A stretch of DNA of 64,000 nucleotides from an uncultured Gammaproteobacteria bacterium (GCA_965602225.1 CBFCYE010000003.1:68661-132660); one strand, 5' to 3'; shown: positions 49,701 to 59,049, counted from the stretch's first letter. Made by a program: numbers and translations. The notes: a model not told the origin generated them from the sequence alone.

Positions 49701-50232
49701 TCAAGAGGTCGGTTTTGGTATGTACTCCGAACTGCTGGAACGTGCAGTCAAGGCACTCAAGTCAGGTAAGATCCCGAACCTTGATCAACCCCTGAATCAG
49801 CATGCCGAAGTCGACCTCAAGATTCCCGCCCTGATTCCCGGCGACTATCTGCCCGACGTACAAACACGTCTGGTGATGTATAAACGCATCGCCAACGCTG
49901 CCAATGATGATGAACTGGATGAACTCCAGGTCGAGATGATCGACCGCTTTGGGCTATTGCCAGAAGCCAGCAAAAATCTGATTCGCATCACCGAGCTAAA
50001 ACTCATCGCCGAACCCATGGGCATCAAAAAGATCGAGGCCGGGCCAAGCGGTGGGCGTCTGATCTTCAGCGACAAACCCAACATTGATCCAATCAAGATC
50101 ATCGACCTGATTCAGAAACAAAGCAAAATATATAGATTGGAAGGGCAGGAGAAACTACGTTTTGCTATTGCAACAGAAACAGCTGAGCAACGTATTGAGG
50201 CGGTGACAAAGGTTTTAGAGCTGCTCTCCTAG
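46747..50232 (+). CDS. mfd: Transcription-repair coupling factor
   Basis: 1161 aa. UvrB-homology N-terminus, RNAP-interaction (CarD-like) domain VVHEDHGVGRYLG, helicase motifs GDVGFGKTEVA / DEEHRFG, and a TRG motif region. Confidence 0.95.
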   Translation: MSLEAPEKSIESGHLRDPFSPYVPDQPGRTTTWARLYGSSFGMVLSQGARQHNGPVVVITSDSLMATRLEHELRFYLANDETVNVVTFPDWETLPYDIFSPHQDITSQRLEALYRLPTLNKGILIIPASTAMHRLTPKGYIDSHSLMLDVGEKLNIDELRLRFERNGYRCVSQVMEHGEFAVRGALVDLYPMGSKVPFRIDLFDDEIETIRSFDPETQLSNDNVDSIRLLPAREFPLTKEAISQFRQAYREEFEGDPQRSPIYRDITNGVASPGIDYYLPLFFEQTATLFDYLPANSVVVMEEGVEEAAQAFWQEVEQRYEQRRYDKDRPILSPERVFLKGHEFLQGIAPFPRIDCHHFDMEETQGVHNFASKNAPMLTVNSRAVDPLATLKQFIKTFDGRILFAAETSGRREALLELLKRDNIHPRQYPDWLSFLDDDKARIGIAIAPLEKGLLLDDIAVISEPQLFGEQVMQRRRRKITKRDDDAVVRSLTELMPGSPVVHEDHGVGRYLGLQSLEMNGLITEFLTLEYHGGDKLYVPVSSLHLISRFTGTSPDSAPLHKLGSDIWVRAKRRAAEKAHDVAAELLDIYARRAARKGYAYSEPDDQYRAFAAGFPFEETPDQEEAIINVLKDMVSEQPMDRLVCGDVGFGKTEVAMRAAFMAVHDNKQVAVLVPTTLLAQQHYQNFCDRFADWPVRVEVLSRFRSKKEQDEVLKDLANGKVDIVIGTHKLLQSSVKFTELGLVILDEEHRFGVRQKERLKSLRAEVDILTLTATPIPRTLNMALSDMRDLSIIATAPMKRLAIKTFVRHWDQNLMREACLREIKRGGQVYFLHNEVDTIEKRARELQELIPEARVIVAHGQMRERELERVMLDFYHQRYNILVCTTIIETGIDVPTANTIIMNRADKLGLAQLYQLRGRVGRSYHQAYAYLLVPSKRSMTADAVKRMEAIESLEGLGAGFTLASHDLEIRGAGELLGDEQSGQIQEVGFGMYSELLERAVKALKSGKIPNLDQPLNQHAEVDLKIPALIPGDYLPDVQTRLVMYKRIANAANDDELDELQVEMIDRFGLLPEASKNLIRITELKLIAEPMGIKKIEAGPSGGRLIFSDKPNIDPIKIIDLIQKQSKIYRLEGQEKLRFAIATETAEQRIEAVTKVLELLS

Positions 50233-52187
50233 CCCGGCACAAATATCACCCTATCAGCGTCCCTATCGAAGACAAAGCTACCTGCACCCAGTTCACGCTC
50301 AACTTCATAGCTGTGATCATTGATATTGATAACAACACCAGGGTAGACACACTTCTTAACCACTACTTTGGCACTTTCGGTCTGTTTTAATTGTGCCAGA
50401 ATATTGGTTTTTTCCTCTTCCAGGGGAACAAGTTCAGCCGACATTGCATCATGAGTTAAACTGATTTTTTTCAACACCGCTTCTGTGTCTTCTTTAGGTG
50501 CATGCTTGTGGTGATATTCGATCTGATTAAGACTTTCCAGCTTTTCTTTAATTTCATCGATTTTCTGATCTAACTGATTTATCTGGCGTCTATCTTCTTG
50601 AGCCACTCCAAGCCGTAGAATGGTCTTTGAATAGGCATTGGAACCAAGCTCAAGCACTTCTATCAGTTTGTGTGCAGTCAACTCACCACCCACCACCATG
50701 CTGCGCTTAGCCTTTTTACCGCCAACAACAACTGAGCCATTGGAAGCAACGATGCTGTTTATGATGCTGGCATTGACGGTGAGATTGCCATTTACAAAGA
50801 CAGATGCATTTTCCACAAAACCTACCACCACATCTGACGGTGAATAGATTTCACTCTTCATGCCGCGAATGCCACCTTTGATCATGATACTGCTACCAGC
50901 ACGCACAGTGGCATCTTCAATATTATGCTCAACAATCACTTCTTGTTTGCTCTCTAATACAAAACCCGGTTCAACATGGCCTTTTACATGCACAGGAACA
51001 TTGCTGTGAATATTGCCGGTTTTCTGATCCACATCACCATTGATAACCAAGAGATCAACAACGGCGATACGTGCACCATCAATAATCAAAGCACCATCCA
51101 GATCAGCAACCAAACGCCCACTTGGGTCCTTATGCAGGCCCTCAAGCTCAACTTCAATATCCTTGGGTGGTGCAACCTCTACTGTTCCGCCATAGACAGG
51201 TGTCCCGTCCACGCCAGGTTTGGCCTCTAACAGATAGCCGATCTTCTCATCCTTGCTTACATTCCAGGGATAATCACGTTCATGAAAATCAATCCGACCA
51301 TTAGATAGCTCGGCCCCGGCCGTCTTCTCATCTCGGCTAATAATCAGGCGCCCATCCTTACCTTCCTGCGCTGGCGTGCCTCGCGCCACAACCACCTGTT
51401 CAACACAGGCAATCTGCTCATCCGTGCAAAGCTTAAGCGCCTTTTTAAGAGACTCCTGAATAAGACTCTGATCAATGCCATGAACAATTTCCTTGCTCGC
51501 CAGCGCGACCATCACCTCTTCACAACCTATTTCCTTGCCCACAGAGCTACGTCCATAAATATCCATGCGCGCTTCCATGCCATCATCAGTAACCACAATC
51601 GGATCACTCACCTGAATCAGATCTGCATCCTCTTCCTGCTCGAATGTAACTACCCCCATAGTTGTAGCGCTATATTCATCACCAGCATCCGTTTTGTTCG
51701 TTTCAATGCCAGCACCAATGCGTGGAAACTTGTTTGCGCCACTGCTAACACTCATTTCTTCACCATAAACCGTTTTGCCTGGGCTACCCATGGTTGCTGC
51801 TTTATATGTGGCGAAGACATCACCGGGCAAGACAACAGCACAGCCCTTTTCCAGGTGCGACTCGGGAATATTCCAGAACAGCTCACCATCGACGCCCTCA
51901 ACCGAGGCAAGCCCCTTGGCAATACACATTTGTTCAGCAGAGGCATCATTAGTGGGGGCGGAAAGAGCTGCGCTGATTTTGTCCTTATCTATACCGACAG
52001 TGATTTTTTGCAATTCCAGCTCAGCCAGTACCAGTTCAAGGTTTACCGCTTCACCGTCATTACTGGGAGGACTAAGCTCACTCAAATACACAGTCATCTG
52101 ATCATCAGATACCTGAACCTGGAAATTGCCGTTAACTGGCTTTCCTGGCTTGTTCTGACTCGATGTTCCCTGTTCAGTATTTGTCAT
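50229..52187 (-). CDS. DUF342 / FapA-family protein
   Basis: 652 aa. The N-terminal pattern (F.V.VS.D.M.VYL.L) and a long beta-helix-like repetitive central region (GNL.V...I..S.V.A.G.V.V) are followed by a C-terminal coiled coil, as in FapA/DUF342 proteins. Confidence 0.65.
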   Translation of the reverse strand: MTNTEQGTSSQNKPGKPVNGNFQVQVSDDQMTVYLSELSPPSNDGEAVNLELVLAELELQKITVGIDKDKISAALSAPTNDASAEQMCIAKGLASVEGVDGELFWNIPESHLEKGCAVVLPGDVFATYKAATMGSPGKTVYGEEMSVSSGANKFPRIGAGIETNKTDAGDEYSATTMGVVTFEQEEDADLIQVSDPIVVTDDGMEARMDIYGRSSVGKEIGCEEVMVALASKEIVHGIDQSLIQESLKKALKLCTDEQIACVEQVVVARGTPAQEGKDGRLIISRDEKTAGAELSNGRIDFHERDYPWNVSKDEKIGYLLEAKPGVDGTPVYGGTVEVAPPKDIEVELEGLHKDPSGRLVADLDGALIIDGARIAVVDLLVINGDVDQKTGNIHSNVPVHVKGHVEPGFVLESKQEVIVEHNIEDATVRAGSSIMIKGGIRGMKSEIYSPSDVVVGFVENASVFVNGNLTVNASIINSIVASNGSVVVGGKKAKRSMVVGGELTAHKLIEVLELGSNAYSKTILRLGVAQEDRRQINQLDQKIDEIKEKLESLNQIEYHHKHAPKEDTEAVLKKISLTHDAMSAELVPLEEEKTNILAQLKQTESAKVVVKKCVYPGVVININDHSYEVERELGAGSFVFDRDADRVIFVPG

Positions 52188-52337
52188 AGCGCTATCCTTA
52201 AGATAGATTCTCTAACTAAACTTATCGGCAACACGGGCAATTACAACAACACACACTGCAAATTTAGATGAACCAGTTCAGAACTTATGGCTTAATCTAT
52301 AAAATAAATACTGTTTGTTATTGCGAGAACAACAAAA

Positions 52338-52739
52338 ATGAAGCTAATTCAAGCCATTGCACTCATCTTTATAACGCTGCTTTCCGGCACAAGCTATAGC
52401 CAGGATGAACCTGCCAAGGCAGCCGAAGCCGAGCAAATAACCCAATTAATCATAACCCTCGCCAAACTTACCGATATGGCAGATGCCTGTGGCGAACACA
52501 TGAACTATTTCGGCAAAAAGGCGCTAGAAGGTGCTGTCTGCAAGGAATTCAAACAGGAATTTACTGACCATTGGCAAAGTCGAGAAGCCTTACAGCGTGA
52601 AGTCGCAAACTACTTTTATCAACTAGAAACTGGTCAGTTTGTCTGCGACCGCTGCAAGCTCATGCTAGAGCGCATTGAGGAACTACGTATCACCGTCACC
52701 TATTACCTCGACTACATGGATTTTATGACTGAGTTTTAG
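52338..52739 (+). CDS. Secreted hypothetical protein (133 aa, 4 Cys)
   Basis: Clear signal peptide MKLIQAIALIFITLLSGTSYSQ. No recognisable domain. Confidence 0.5.
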   Translation: MKLIQAIALIFITLLSGTSYSQDEPAKAAEAEQITQLIITLAKLTDMADACGEHMNYFGKKALEGAVCKEFKQEFTDHWQSREALQREVANYFYQLETGQFVCDRCKLMLERIEELRITVTYYLDYMDFMTEF

Positions 52740-52855
52740 AACGACATGATCACGCTGAAATAGGCATATAGCCTCTTGGGCTAACAACTATTCAACACGG
52801 CAGCGTTAAAATAACAAGCCGACTCTCAACTATCATGACGGTTAGCACAAAATGC

Positions 52856-52881
52856 AAAAGACCCGCAGCGCGGGTCTTTTT
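52856..52881. terminator. Bidirectional rho-independent terminator
   Basis: aaaa-gacccgc-agc-gcgggtc-ttttt, between convergent genes 52338..52739 and 52934..53461. Confidence 0.8.
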
Positions 52882-52933
52882 ATATCCTCTTTTGGATCAG
52901 AGGATGGCAATCACAAAAACAATATTTGTGTTA

Positions 52934-53461
52934 TTACTCTGATGCAGTCTCTTCAACTACAATCTTCTTGGCACGAGGCTTACGACGCACTTTCTTTTTA
53001 GCCTTGGCTTTAAGGTCATAGGCTTTTTCCCATTTCTTCGTAAATGCTGCCACAGCCTTAGCCTTGGCATTTACCTTATTCTTGATTGCAGCAATAGCAG
53101 TCAGTGAAGATTTGACTTCAGCAGCAGCGTCTTTTGCAGCAAGCTTAGCTACCTTGATTGCAGCCATGGCGCTAACTTTTGCAGCTTTAGCCTTTACTAC
53201 GGCATTTTTTGCAGCGGCGGTCTTCTTGGTTTTGGCATTGGCCGTTGCTTTCTTAACACTCGCATCAGCAGCGTCTTTCTTTGCCATCAGTTTGGCCAAA
53301 GCAGCGTTGGCACGTATTTCTGCTTTGCTCGCTTTAGTCGCCGCAGCAATCGCAGTTTTATGTGCTGCATTGATTGGCGCTTCAGCCAATGCTTTTGCAG
53401 GCGATACCACTACCTTACTAGCTTTGGCGCGGGCCTTCTTTTTTATTGTCTTCTTAACCAT
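52934..53461 (-). CDS. Lys/Ala-rich histone H1-like (AlgP/HC-like) low-complexity protein
   Basis: 175 aa dominated by K, A and V (KKKARAKASK...AKAKAVAAF...KAKAKKKVRRKPRAKK). The opposite-strand ORF 53064..53486 is a compositional mirror artefact. Confidence 0.55.
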   Translation of the reverse strand: MVKKTIKKKARAKASKVVVSPAKALAEAPINAAHKTAIAAATKASKAEIRANAALAKLMAKKDAADASVKKATANAKTKKTAAAKNAVVKAKAAKVSAMAAIKVAKLAAKDAAAEVKSSLTAIAAIKNKVNAKAKAVAAFTKKWEKAYDLKAKAKKKVRRKPRAKKIVVEETASE

Positions 53462-53676
53462 TAATGTATTCTCAATTTTTCTTTAGGGAAGTAGTAACGA
53501 ATTTCAGCGCGCATTCTATATGTAAATACAAAAAGATGCAGGCTCAATCTCAACCTAAATAGTATTGATGCTAAAAAGTAGTCAATGCCAGCTAGCTTTC
53601 ATTCGGAGAAAATGAGGTGGTTTGGTATTTAATTATCAAATCACGATGGCCACGGATTCAAATACCTGGCTCATAA

Positions 53677-54003
53677 TCAAGGCTGCATTACGCCCCAGCC
53701 ATCACTCTCACCATTATATTTTTCAGCCATTTTATCGAATGCAATTTCAGTACGGGTAATATCATCATGGGTAGGGATAAGCCGTACCGTACAACAAAGA
53801 ATCCAGCCATCCTGGATGTCAGTCTCGGTTAAAGAGAATTTGCTAGCACTGTCACTGGCTTCAACCTCCCGCCACATCTTTTCTGCATCTCTCTTTTTCT
53901 GAAAATTGATAAAGAAATCGACGTCGTGAGGAATGCTTAGATCCATGCCTGCCTGGTACATTTCCAGAAGCAGAGCACCATTTTCTGTTTTGGGAAAATC
54001 CAT
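53677..54003 (-). CDS. RraB-family protein (regulator of RNase E activity B-like)
   Basis: 108 aa. NG..L..M...G.DLS.PH.VDFF..F.....A.......... and a C-terminal Y.GE.DGWGV resemble short RraB/DUF1260 proteins as recalled. Confidence 0.55.
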   Translation of the reverse strand: MDFPKTENGALLLEMYQAGMDLSIPHDVDFFINFQKKRDAEKMWREVEASDSASKFSLTETDIQDGWILCCTVRLIPTHDDITRTEIAFDKMAEKYNGESDGWGVMQP

Positions 54004-54089
54004 GGAACCACCTTATGCTGATAATTTTATGTAGATAGGCAGGTATTTAATTTTACTTGCTGGTGTGACACCAGGAGATGAACGGAACG

Positions 54090-54341
54090 CTAGCTTTTTT
54101 TCTTCCAGACACCGTTATTCATTTCGATGTAAAGTTTTTCCACCTTGAGGCGTGCCCAGTCTGTTTTACGCAGGAATTTGAGGCTGGATTTGATCGATGG
54201 ATCACTGGTAAAACAGCGAATATCAATGCGTTTACCAAGCACTTCCCAGCCATAATGTTCAACCAAGCTGGTGACAATCGCTTCGAGGGTTTTTCCATGC
54301 AATGGGTTTTGGGGCTGATCATCACTCATAGTTACTGTCAC
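54090..54341 (-). CDS. VF530-family (DUF2132) small DNA-binding-like protein
   Basis: [58 protein letters not shown] is the hallmark DUF2132 sequence as recalled. Confidence 0.7.
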   Translation of the reverse strand: MTVTMSDDQPQNPLHGKTLEAIVTSLVEHYGWEVLGKRIDIRCFTSDPSIKSSLKFLRKTDWARLKVEKLYIEMNNGVWKKKS

Positions 54342-55633
54342 GAATCCTTGCTGTCAGTAGATGGCCTTTTTTTACCTGCCGCTTTCTTCTTAGCTTTACG
54401 CTTTTTGGCCTTATTACCTAAAGCCTTCTTTTTGTCTTTTTTATTCTTGCTGCCGACGGCCTGGCCGGAAGCCCTGAGTTTTTCTGGGCCGGTATAACTC
54501 CCCTTCAGCTCTTCGATAACACGGGGTTCAAATTTATGCGCCAAATAGCGTTCAACACTGGCCTTTAAATTCCATTCGATGGACTTCACCAGGGTAATGG
54601 CCAGGCCTGCTTTACCGCCACGACCGGTACGACCGATCCTGTGGATGTAGTCGTCGCCGCGACGCGGCATATCGAAATTGATGACCAGGTCGACGCCTTC
54701 TATATCCAGGCCACGGGCAGAGACATCGGTTGTAATCAGGACGTCAATCTTACCTTCTAGCAATGACGCCATCACGCTACTGCGCTTTTTCTGTTCAATA
54801 TCGCCATGCAATATGCCGACTTTTCTACGTTGCGGCATAATCTTGTCAGCCAGCTTTTCAGCTTTTTCACGACTATTACAAAAGACGATGGCCTTATCAA
54901 AAGTCTCATTGGCTAGCAGCCATAGCAGCAGTTTTTGCTTATGCTCATTATCGTCAGCCAGCACAACCTGGCCGCGGATATCGGTATGTTCTGTACGGCC
55001 ACCACTAACAGTCAGCACTTCAGGCTCGCGCAACAGCTTTTTGGCAAGGCTAGGTAACCACTTGTTATTCAATGTCGCCGAAAACAACAAGGTTTGGCGA
55101 TCTGGATTACCCGCCTCAGCAATGGCATGGACATCATCAGTGAAGCCCATATCCAGCATGCGATCAGCTTCATCCAGCACCAGAACCATAAGCTGTGATA
55201 AATCTACCGTAGCCTTCTTTATGTGCTCCAGTAGTCGGCCAGTCGTGGCAACGACAATGGCAGGTGATTGTTCCAGCTGCTCGGCCTGCTGTTCGAAATC
55301 AACCCCACCACTCACCATTACCGCAGAAAGATTAGTGTGTTTGATCAGGCCCTGACAGACGCTAAACACCTGCTGTGCCAATTCACGGGTTGGCACCAGC
55401 ACTAGCACACGCGTGCCGCCACCCTGATTAGAGCGAGAACTCTCTAACAGATGATTCAGACTTGGTAATAGATAGGCGAGCGTCTTGCCACTGCCGGTCT
55501 CTGAATTGACCTGGAGGTCAATCCCTTCAAGGGCCAATGGTATGGCTTCGGACTGTACTGGCGTGGGTTGCCGGTAGTTCAGCTCTCTAACGGCTTTGAC
55601 AAGCAGGCGATGCAGGGAAAAATGAGCAAACAA
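54338..55633 (-). CDS. DEAD-box ATP-dependent RNA helicase (RhlE/SrmB-like)
   Basis: PTPVQ (Q motif), ETGSGKT, DEAD (VLDEADRM), [13 protein letters not shown], and a Lys-rich C-terminal tail. TTG start in the track. Confidence 0.9.
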   Translation of the reverse strand: MFAHFSLHRLLVKAVRELNYRQPTPVQSEAIPLALEGIDLQVNSETGSGKTLAYLLPSLNHLLESSRSNQGGGTRVLVLVPTRELAQQVFSVCQGLIKHTNLSAVMVSGGVDFEQQAEQLEQSPAIVVATTGRLLEHIKKATVDLSQLMVLVLDEADRMLDMGFTDDVHAIAEAGNPDRQTLLFSATLNNKWLPSLAKKLLREPEVLTVSGGRTEHTDIRGQVVLADDNEHKQKLLLWLLANETFDKAIVFCNSREKAEKLADKIMPQRRKVGILHGDIEQKKRSSVMASLLEGKIDVLITTDVSARGLDIEGVDLVINFDMPRRGDDYIHRIGRTGRGGKAGLAITLVKSIEWNLKASVERYLAHKFEPRVIEELKGSYTGPEKLRASGQAVGSKNKKDKKKALGNKAKKRKAKKKAAGKKRPSTDSKDS

Positions 55634-55718
55634 ACCGGAATCTCCAGGTCAAAAAGTAGCGCCATATTAACAGAAACAACCCCTAACCCAGCACAGGTAT
55701 TCGCAATTAGGTAGGCTA

Positions 55719-56099
55719 TTACTGGTTCGCCGCGATTTCTTTGGTGATCGCCACATACTGATTAACCGTTTCGATCTCTTTTACCCTGTCGGCAACCGCC
55801 AGAAAACGCCTAATCTCCTCGACAGCTTCATCTGCACGGCCCTGTTTCCAGAGGCTATTAAACAGGGCAATTGAATATTTACCGTTACCTGGCTCCATCA
55901 GTACCAGACGTTCAAACACCATTTCGGCTTCCTGGAATTTTTCAGAGCAAAAATAAGAGCCGCCCAGCATCAACAACGCAGTCTGATGAGTCTTATCTTG
56001 CTGCAAAACCTCAAGCAACAACATGCGCGCTGCGTCTGATTTACCGGATTCGGAAAGGTTACGAGCCTCAATCAAGGATTGTTCTATATCTAATGCCAT
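55719..56099 (-). CDS. Tetratricopeptide-repeat protein
   Basis: 126 aa with three 34-residue TPR-like units (A...LLE.L......ALL.LG..Y......EA...F). Confidence 0.55.
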   Translation of the reverse strand: MALDIEQSLIEARNLSESGKSDAARMLLLEVLQQDKTHQTALLMLGGSYFCSEKFQEAEMVFERLVLMEPGNGKYSIALFNSLWKQGRADEAVEEIRRFLAVADRVKEIETVNQYVAITKEIAANQ

Positions 56100-56363
56100 C
56101 TAAAAATCTTCTTTGTCGTATTTAATTCGACCTCAATTATACCCTGCCAGCATAAATTGGCCCAAAAAAATCAGGGGGTTAGGTTTTTCATACAGCAACG
56201 AACAATCAATAACAGCGACCACACCTAGCCAAAATACAATTCAATACCCTACAAAAATAATACAAACATTATTAAAACACCTGAATATATAGGTAATAAA
56301 ACAGGCGAGATGCCCGATAAACCATGATGTAAGCTTAAACAAGATGGATAGACACCCAACATT

Positions 56364-57026
56364 ATGGACAAACTAAATCTTGGTATAGAAAGCACTATAT
56401 TCGTCGAATTTCCAAGAATAAATCCTGGTCATCGCTATCGCAGCAAACTACTTGGTTACAAAACGAAGCACAGCATCATGATCACCACGCCAATGGAAGG
56501 CAATGAAGCACTATCATTACTAGACAATGACAAATGCACCGTACGCTACATGGATGGCCAAAATGCCTGTGCCTTTGAAACAGCTGTACAACGTGTTTGT
56601 AAAGAGCCATTTTCGTATCTTCACCTCTACTATCCAGACTTGATAGAACACGTCCAACTACGCGCAGCGCAAAGATTTCCAGTTGAACTTACAGCCTCTG
56701 CAACCCAAAATAACAATAAAGACGCAACCAAATACAAAGCCACTATCGTTGATTTAAGTCCACTGGGTATAGGTTTTTCATCAGAAAAGAGCATTGGTGA
56801 AGTCAGTGATATTTTCAACCTTGCTATCGAATTACCAAACAATGGCGAAACAAAAACGCTACAGATAAACGTAATGATATGTAACATCCAAGAAACCATC
56901 AGTAATAAAAACAGCGAAGATATACTCTATCGCTATGGTGCTAAATTTCTTACCGAAGACCCCGCGCAACAACTAAAAATTGCAGAACTTATATATCAAC
57001 ACATAAACATTATTAGAAACAGCTAG
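56364..57026 (+). CDS. YcgR-like PilZ-domain protein (c-di-GMP receptor)
   Basis: RxxxR (LRAAQRFPV) and D/NxSxxG (DLSPLGIGF) PilZ motifs in the C-terminal half, with a PilZN-like N-terminal half. 220 aa. Confidence 0.7.
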   Translation: MDKLNLGIESTIFVEFPRINPGHRYRSKLLGYKTKHSIMITTPMEGNEALSLLDNDKCTVRYMDGQNACAFETAVQRVCKEPFSYLHLYYPDLIEHVQLRAAQRFPVELTASATQNNNKDATKYKATIVDLSPLGIGFSSEKSIGEVSDIFNLAIELPNNGETKTLQINVMICNIQETISNKNSEDILYRYGAKFLTEDPAQQLKIAELIYQHINIIRNS

Positions 57027-57150
57027 CCCACCGCGCCCGTTCTAATCACAGGTAGTAACTCACTGCCCCCAACCATTCAATATTTAACCTAAAAATATAG
57101 GCCTTAGGCTATACTGGCTATCACGCAAAAATCAGATATTGTATTTCGTC

Positions 57151-57957
57151 ATGCTTGGCAACCTGTTTAAAACTAAAGCCCCACTTGAAGAAGAAACCAT
57201 CCAATGGTTATTTGATGGCTTTGCCTGGACATTGGAAAACTTCGGTAGTGATGTCTTTTATACTGAAACCGACCTGATTGAGCCCTCGCAAAAGTTTTTC
57301 CCCGGCGGTGACGAAGATGTGGATGGCATGGCCAGACTGATTTTTGACAAGGTTCGGCACTACTGCGGCCTGGATCACTGGCCCTGCCAGCTCATTGATC
57401 ACCATGAGTTTGAGGATACAGCCATAGCCAATGCCCAACAGGCCCTGCAAAGCCTGAACGAAGCCACCACCACACCGCTGACACTGCTCTACGAACCACA
57501 ACAGGTCGGCAGCCCCAATGTCATGATCGCCAATTACGCCCAAGCCCTGGCCCACCACTTGGGCACAATTGCACCACGGCCTGCCCCCTGCGACCAGGAA
57601 CAATGGCCCCACATGATGGAGCTGCTAGCGGTCTATATGGGATTCGGACTGATGTTTGTCGACACCGCCGTGCCACCACGGCGATCCTGTGGCAGCTGCG
57701 GCAGCCCGGCTATGGACCGCGTTGGCGCACTGACAGAGATGCAGGTCTGCTACGCCCTGGCCATTTTTTGTGAGCTAAAACAAATTCCCACCAACCAGGC
57801 GACACCTCACATCAAAGGCTATTTGCAACCGCTGTTCAAAAAATCCTGCAAAGATGTGGCACAAAGAACAGAACAGCTAGCCAGGCTCAAGGCCATAAAC
57901 ACCCCATCGCAACTGCGCGGCAAGGCGGTCACACAGAAGTTCTTACAGCCACTCTAA
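57151..57957 (+). CDS. Hypothetical protein (268 aa), no recognisable domain
   Basis: Long open frame with normal composition and an ATG at 57151. It contains CGSCGSP and other Cys and His residues. No family recognised. Confidence 0.5.
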   Translation: MLGNLFKTKAPLEEETIQWLFDGFAWTLENFGSDVFYTETDLIEPSQKFFPGGDEDVDGMARLIFDKVRHYCGLDHWPCQLIDHHEFEDTAIANAQQALQSLNEATTTPLTLLYEPQQVGSPNVMIANYAQALAHHLGTIAPRPAPCDQEQWPHMMELLAVYMGFGLMFVDTAVPPRRSCGSCGSPAMDRVGALTEMQVCYALAIFCELKQIPTNQATPHIKGYLQPLFKKSCKDVAQRTEQLARLKAINTPSQLRGKAVTQKFLQPL

Positions 57958-58038
57958 GTTCCTTTAAATTGGACTGACATCCCATGGCGTAATAATATGA
58001 GTCGATATCCATCATCTTTTTTTGGGAGGAGCAGCAAC

Positions 58039-59049
58039 ATGCACGACAAACTCACCACTGCTCTGCTAGGCCTGTTAATTACACTCACTGGCTGCGCCAC
58101 AACTAACCAGACCTCGCTGGTATTGAACAACGCAACCGAGATTGTCAGTCATGGCACTCGCATCGCCCTGCCAAGCATTGAAACGGGTAAGCGCCCCGAG
58201 TGGCTGGTCCGTGATAGCCAGGCCTATCCGCACCAGGATTATTACTCAGTTACCCGTCAGGCAAACTCTGCAGAGGCCGCTGCCAAAAAGGCCTATGACT
58301 CAGCCTACAAACTGCTTCGGCCTGAACAATCATCCAACAGCGCGGAACAACCACAGATCAGGCTTGCCGCACTATGGCATGGCCAGAACCTCTTCCACGC
58401 ACTGGCTGTGATTCCCAGGCATCAAGCCGAGACCTACCTGCGAGACCATCTAAACAGCCTGGACACTGCAACCCAGGCCAACGTTATCGCCCTCAATATC
58501 ACTGAAGATCCGCTGACAAAAATCGGCCTGTTGCAAACAGTCATTAAACGCCAACAACTGCGCGCCGCCATTCAAAAATCACTCAAAAAAGTGGAGCTGG
58601 CAAAAGAAGGCCGAGAATCGCCCTGGAACACACGTAGCTGGTCACTGCAAATGGCTGCCCTACTGAAAGAATTGCGCATCATCCCAATCATGGATATCAG
58701 CCTGTCTAATACCACAGCATTAACCCCCATGCTCAAACAAGGACTGGAAAATGCGGGCCTGCGTCCAGCCCGTTCATTTGAAGCCGATTACATCCTTAGT
58801 GGCAAACTCGATATAGATGAAAAAGAACTCAATAATGGCTATATCCAAGCCAATGGCCAGCTGCAACTAACACTGCAGCACAAAGAAAATCAGACCCGCT
58901 ATGGCACGCAAAACTGGGCACTGGAAGTCACCGCCATTAGCGCTGAAGGTGCTAAGGAAAGACTGTTACACAAAGCCAAGCGGCTGCTCATAACAGACAA
59001 ACGTGAAACCATTATCGGCATCGCTGCACAGGCTGATACACAGCCATAA
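58039..59049 (+). CDS. Predicted lipoprotein, function unknown
   Basis: SD GGGAGGAG precedes the ATG at 58039. Lipobox LLITLTG-C (MHDKLTTALLGLLITLTGCATT). About 336 aa, no family recognised. Confidence 0.6.
   Translation: MHDKLTTALLGLLITLTGCATTNQTSLVLNNATEIVSHGTRIALPSIETGKRPEWLVRDSQAYPHQDYYSVTRQANSAEAAAKKAYDSAYKLLRPEQSSNSAEQPQIRLAALWHGQNLFHALAVIPRHQAETYLRDHLNSLDTATQANVIALNITEDPLTKIGLLQTVIKRQQLRAAIQKSLKKVELAKEGRESPWNTRSWSLQMAALLKELRIIPIMDISLSNTTALTPMLKQGLENAGLRPARSFEADYILSGKLDIDEKELNNGYIQANGQLQLTLQHKENQTRYGTQNWALEVTAISAEGAKERLLHKAKRLLITDKRETIIGIAAQADTQP

Noticed and set aside
51480-52271. 263-aa + strand ORF antisense to the DUF342/FapA gene. The same applies to 54678..55355 antisense to the DEAD-box helicase, 47817..48342 antisense to mfd and 30814..31275 antisense to queF.
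   Set aside because: These are shadow ORFs inside genes with strong family signatures on the other strand. Their translations are low-complexity with no motifs and no SD.
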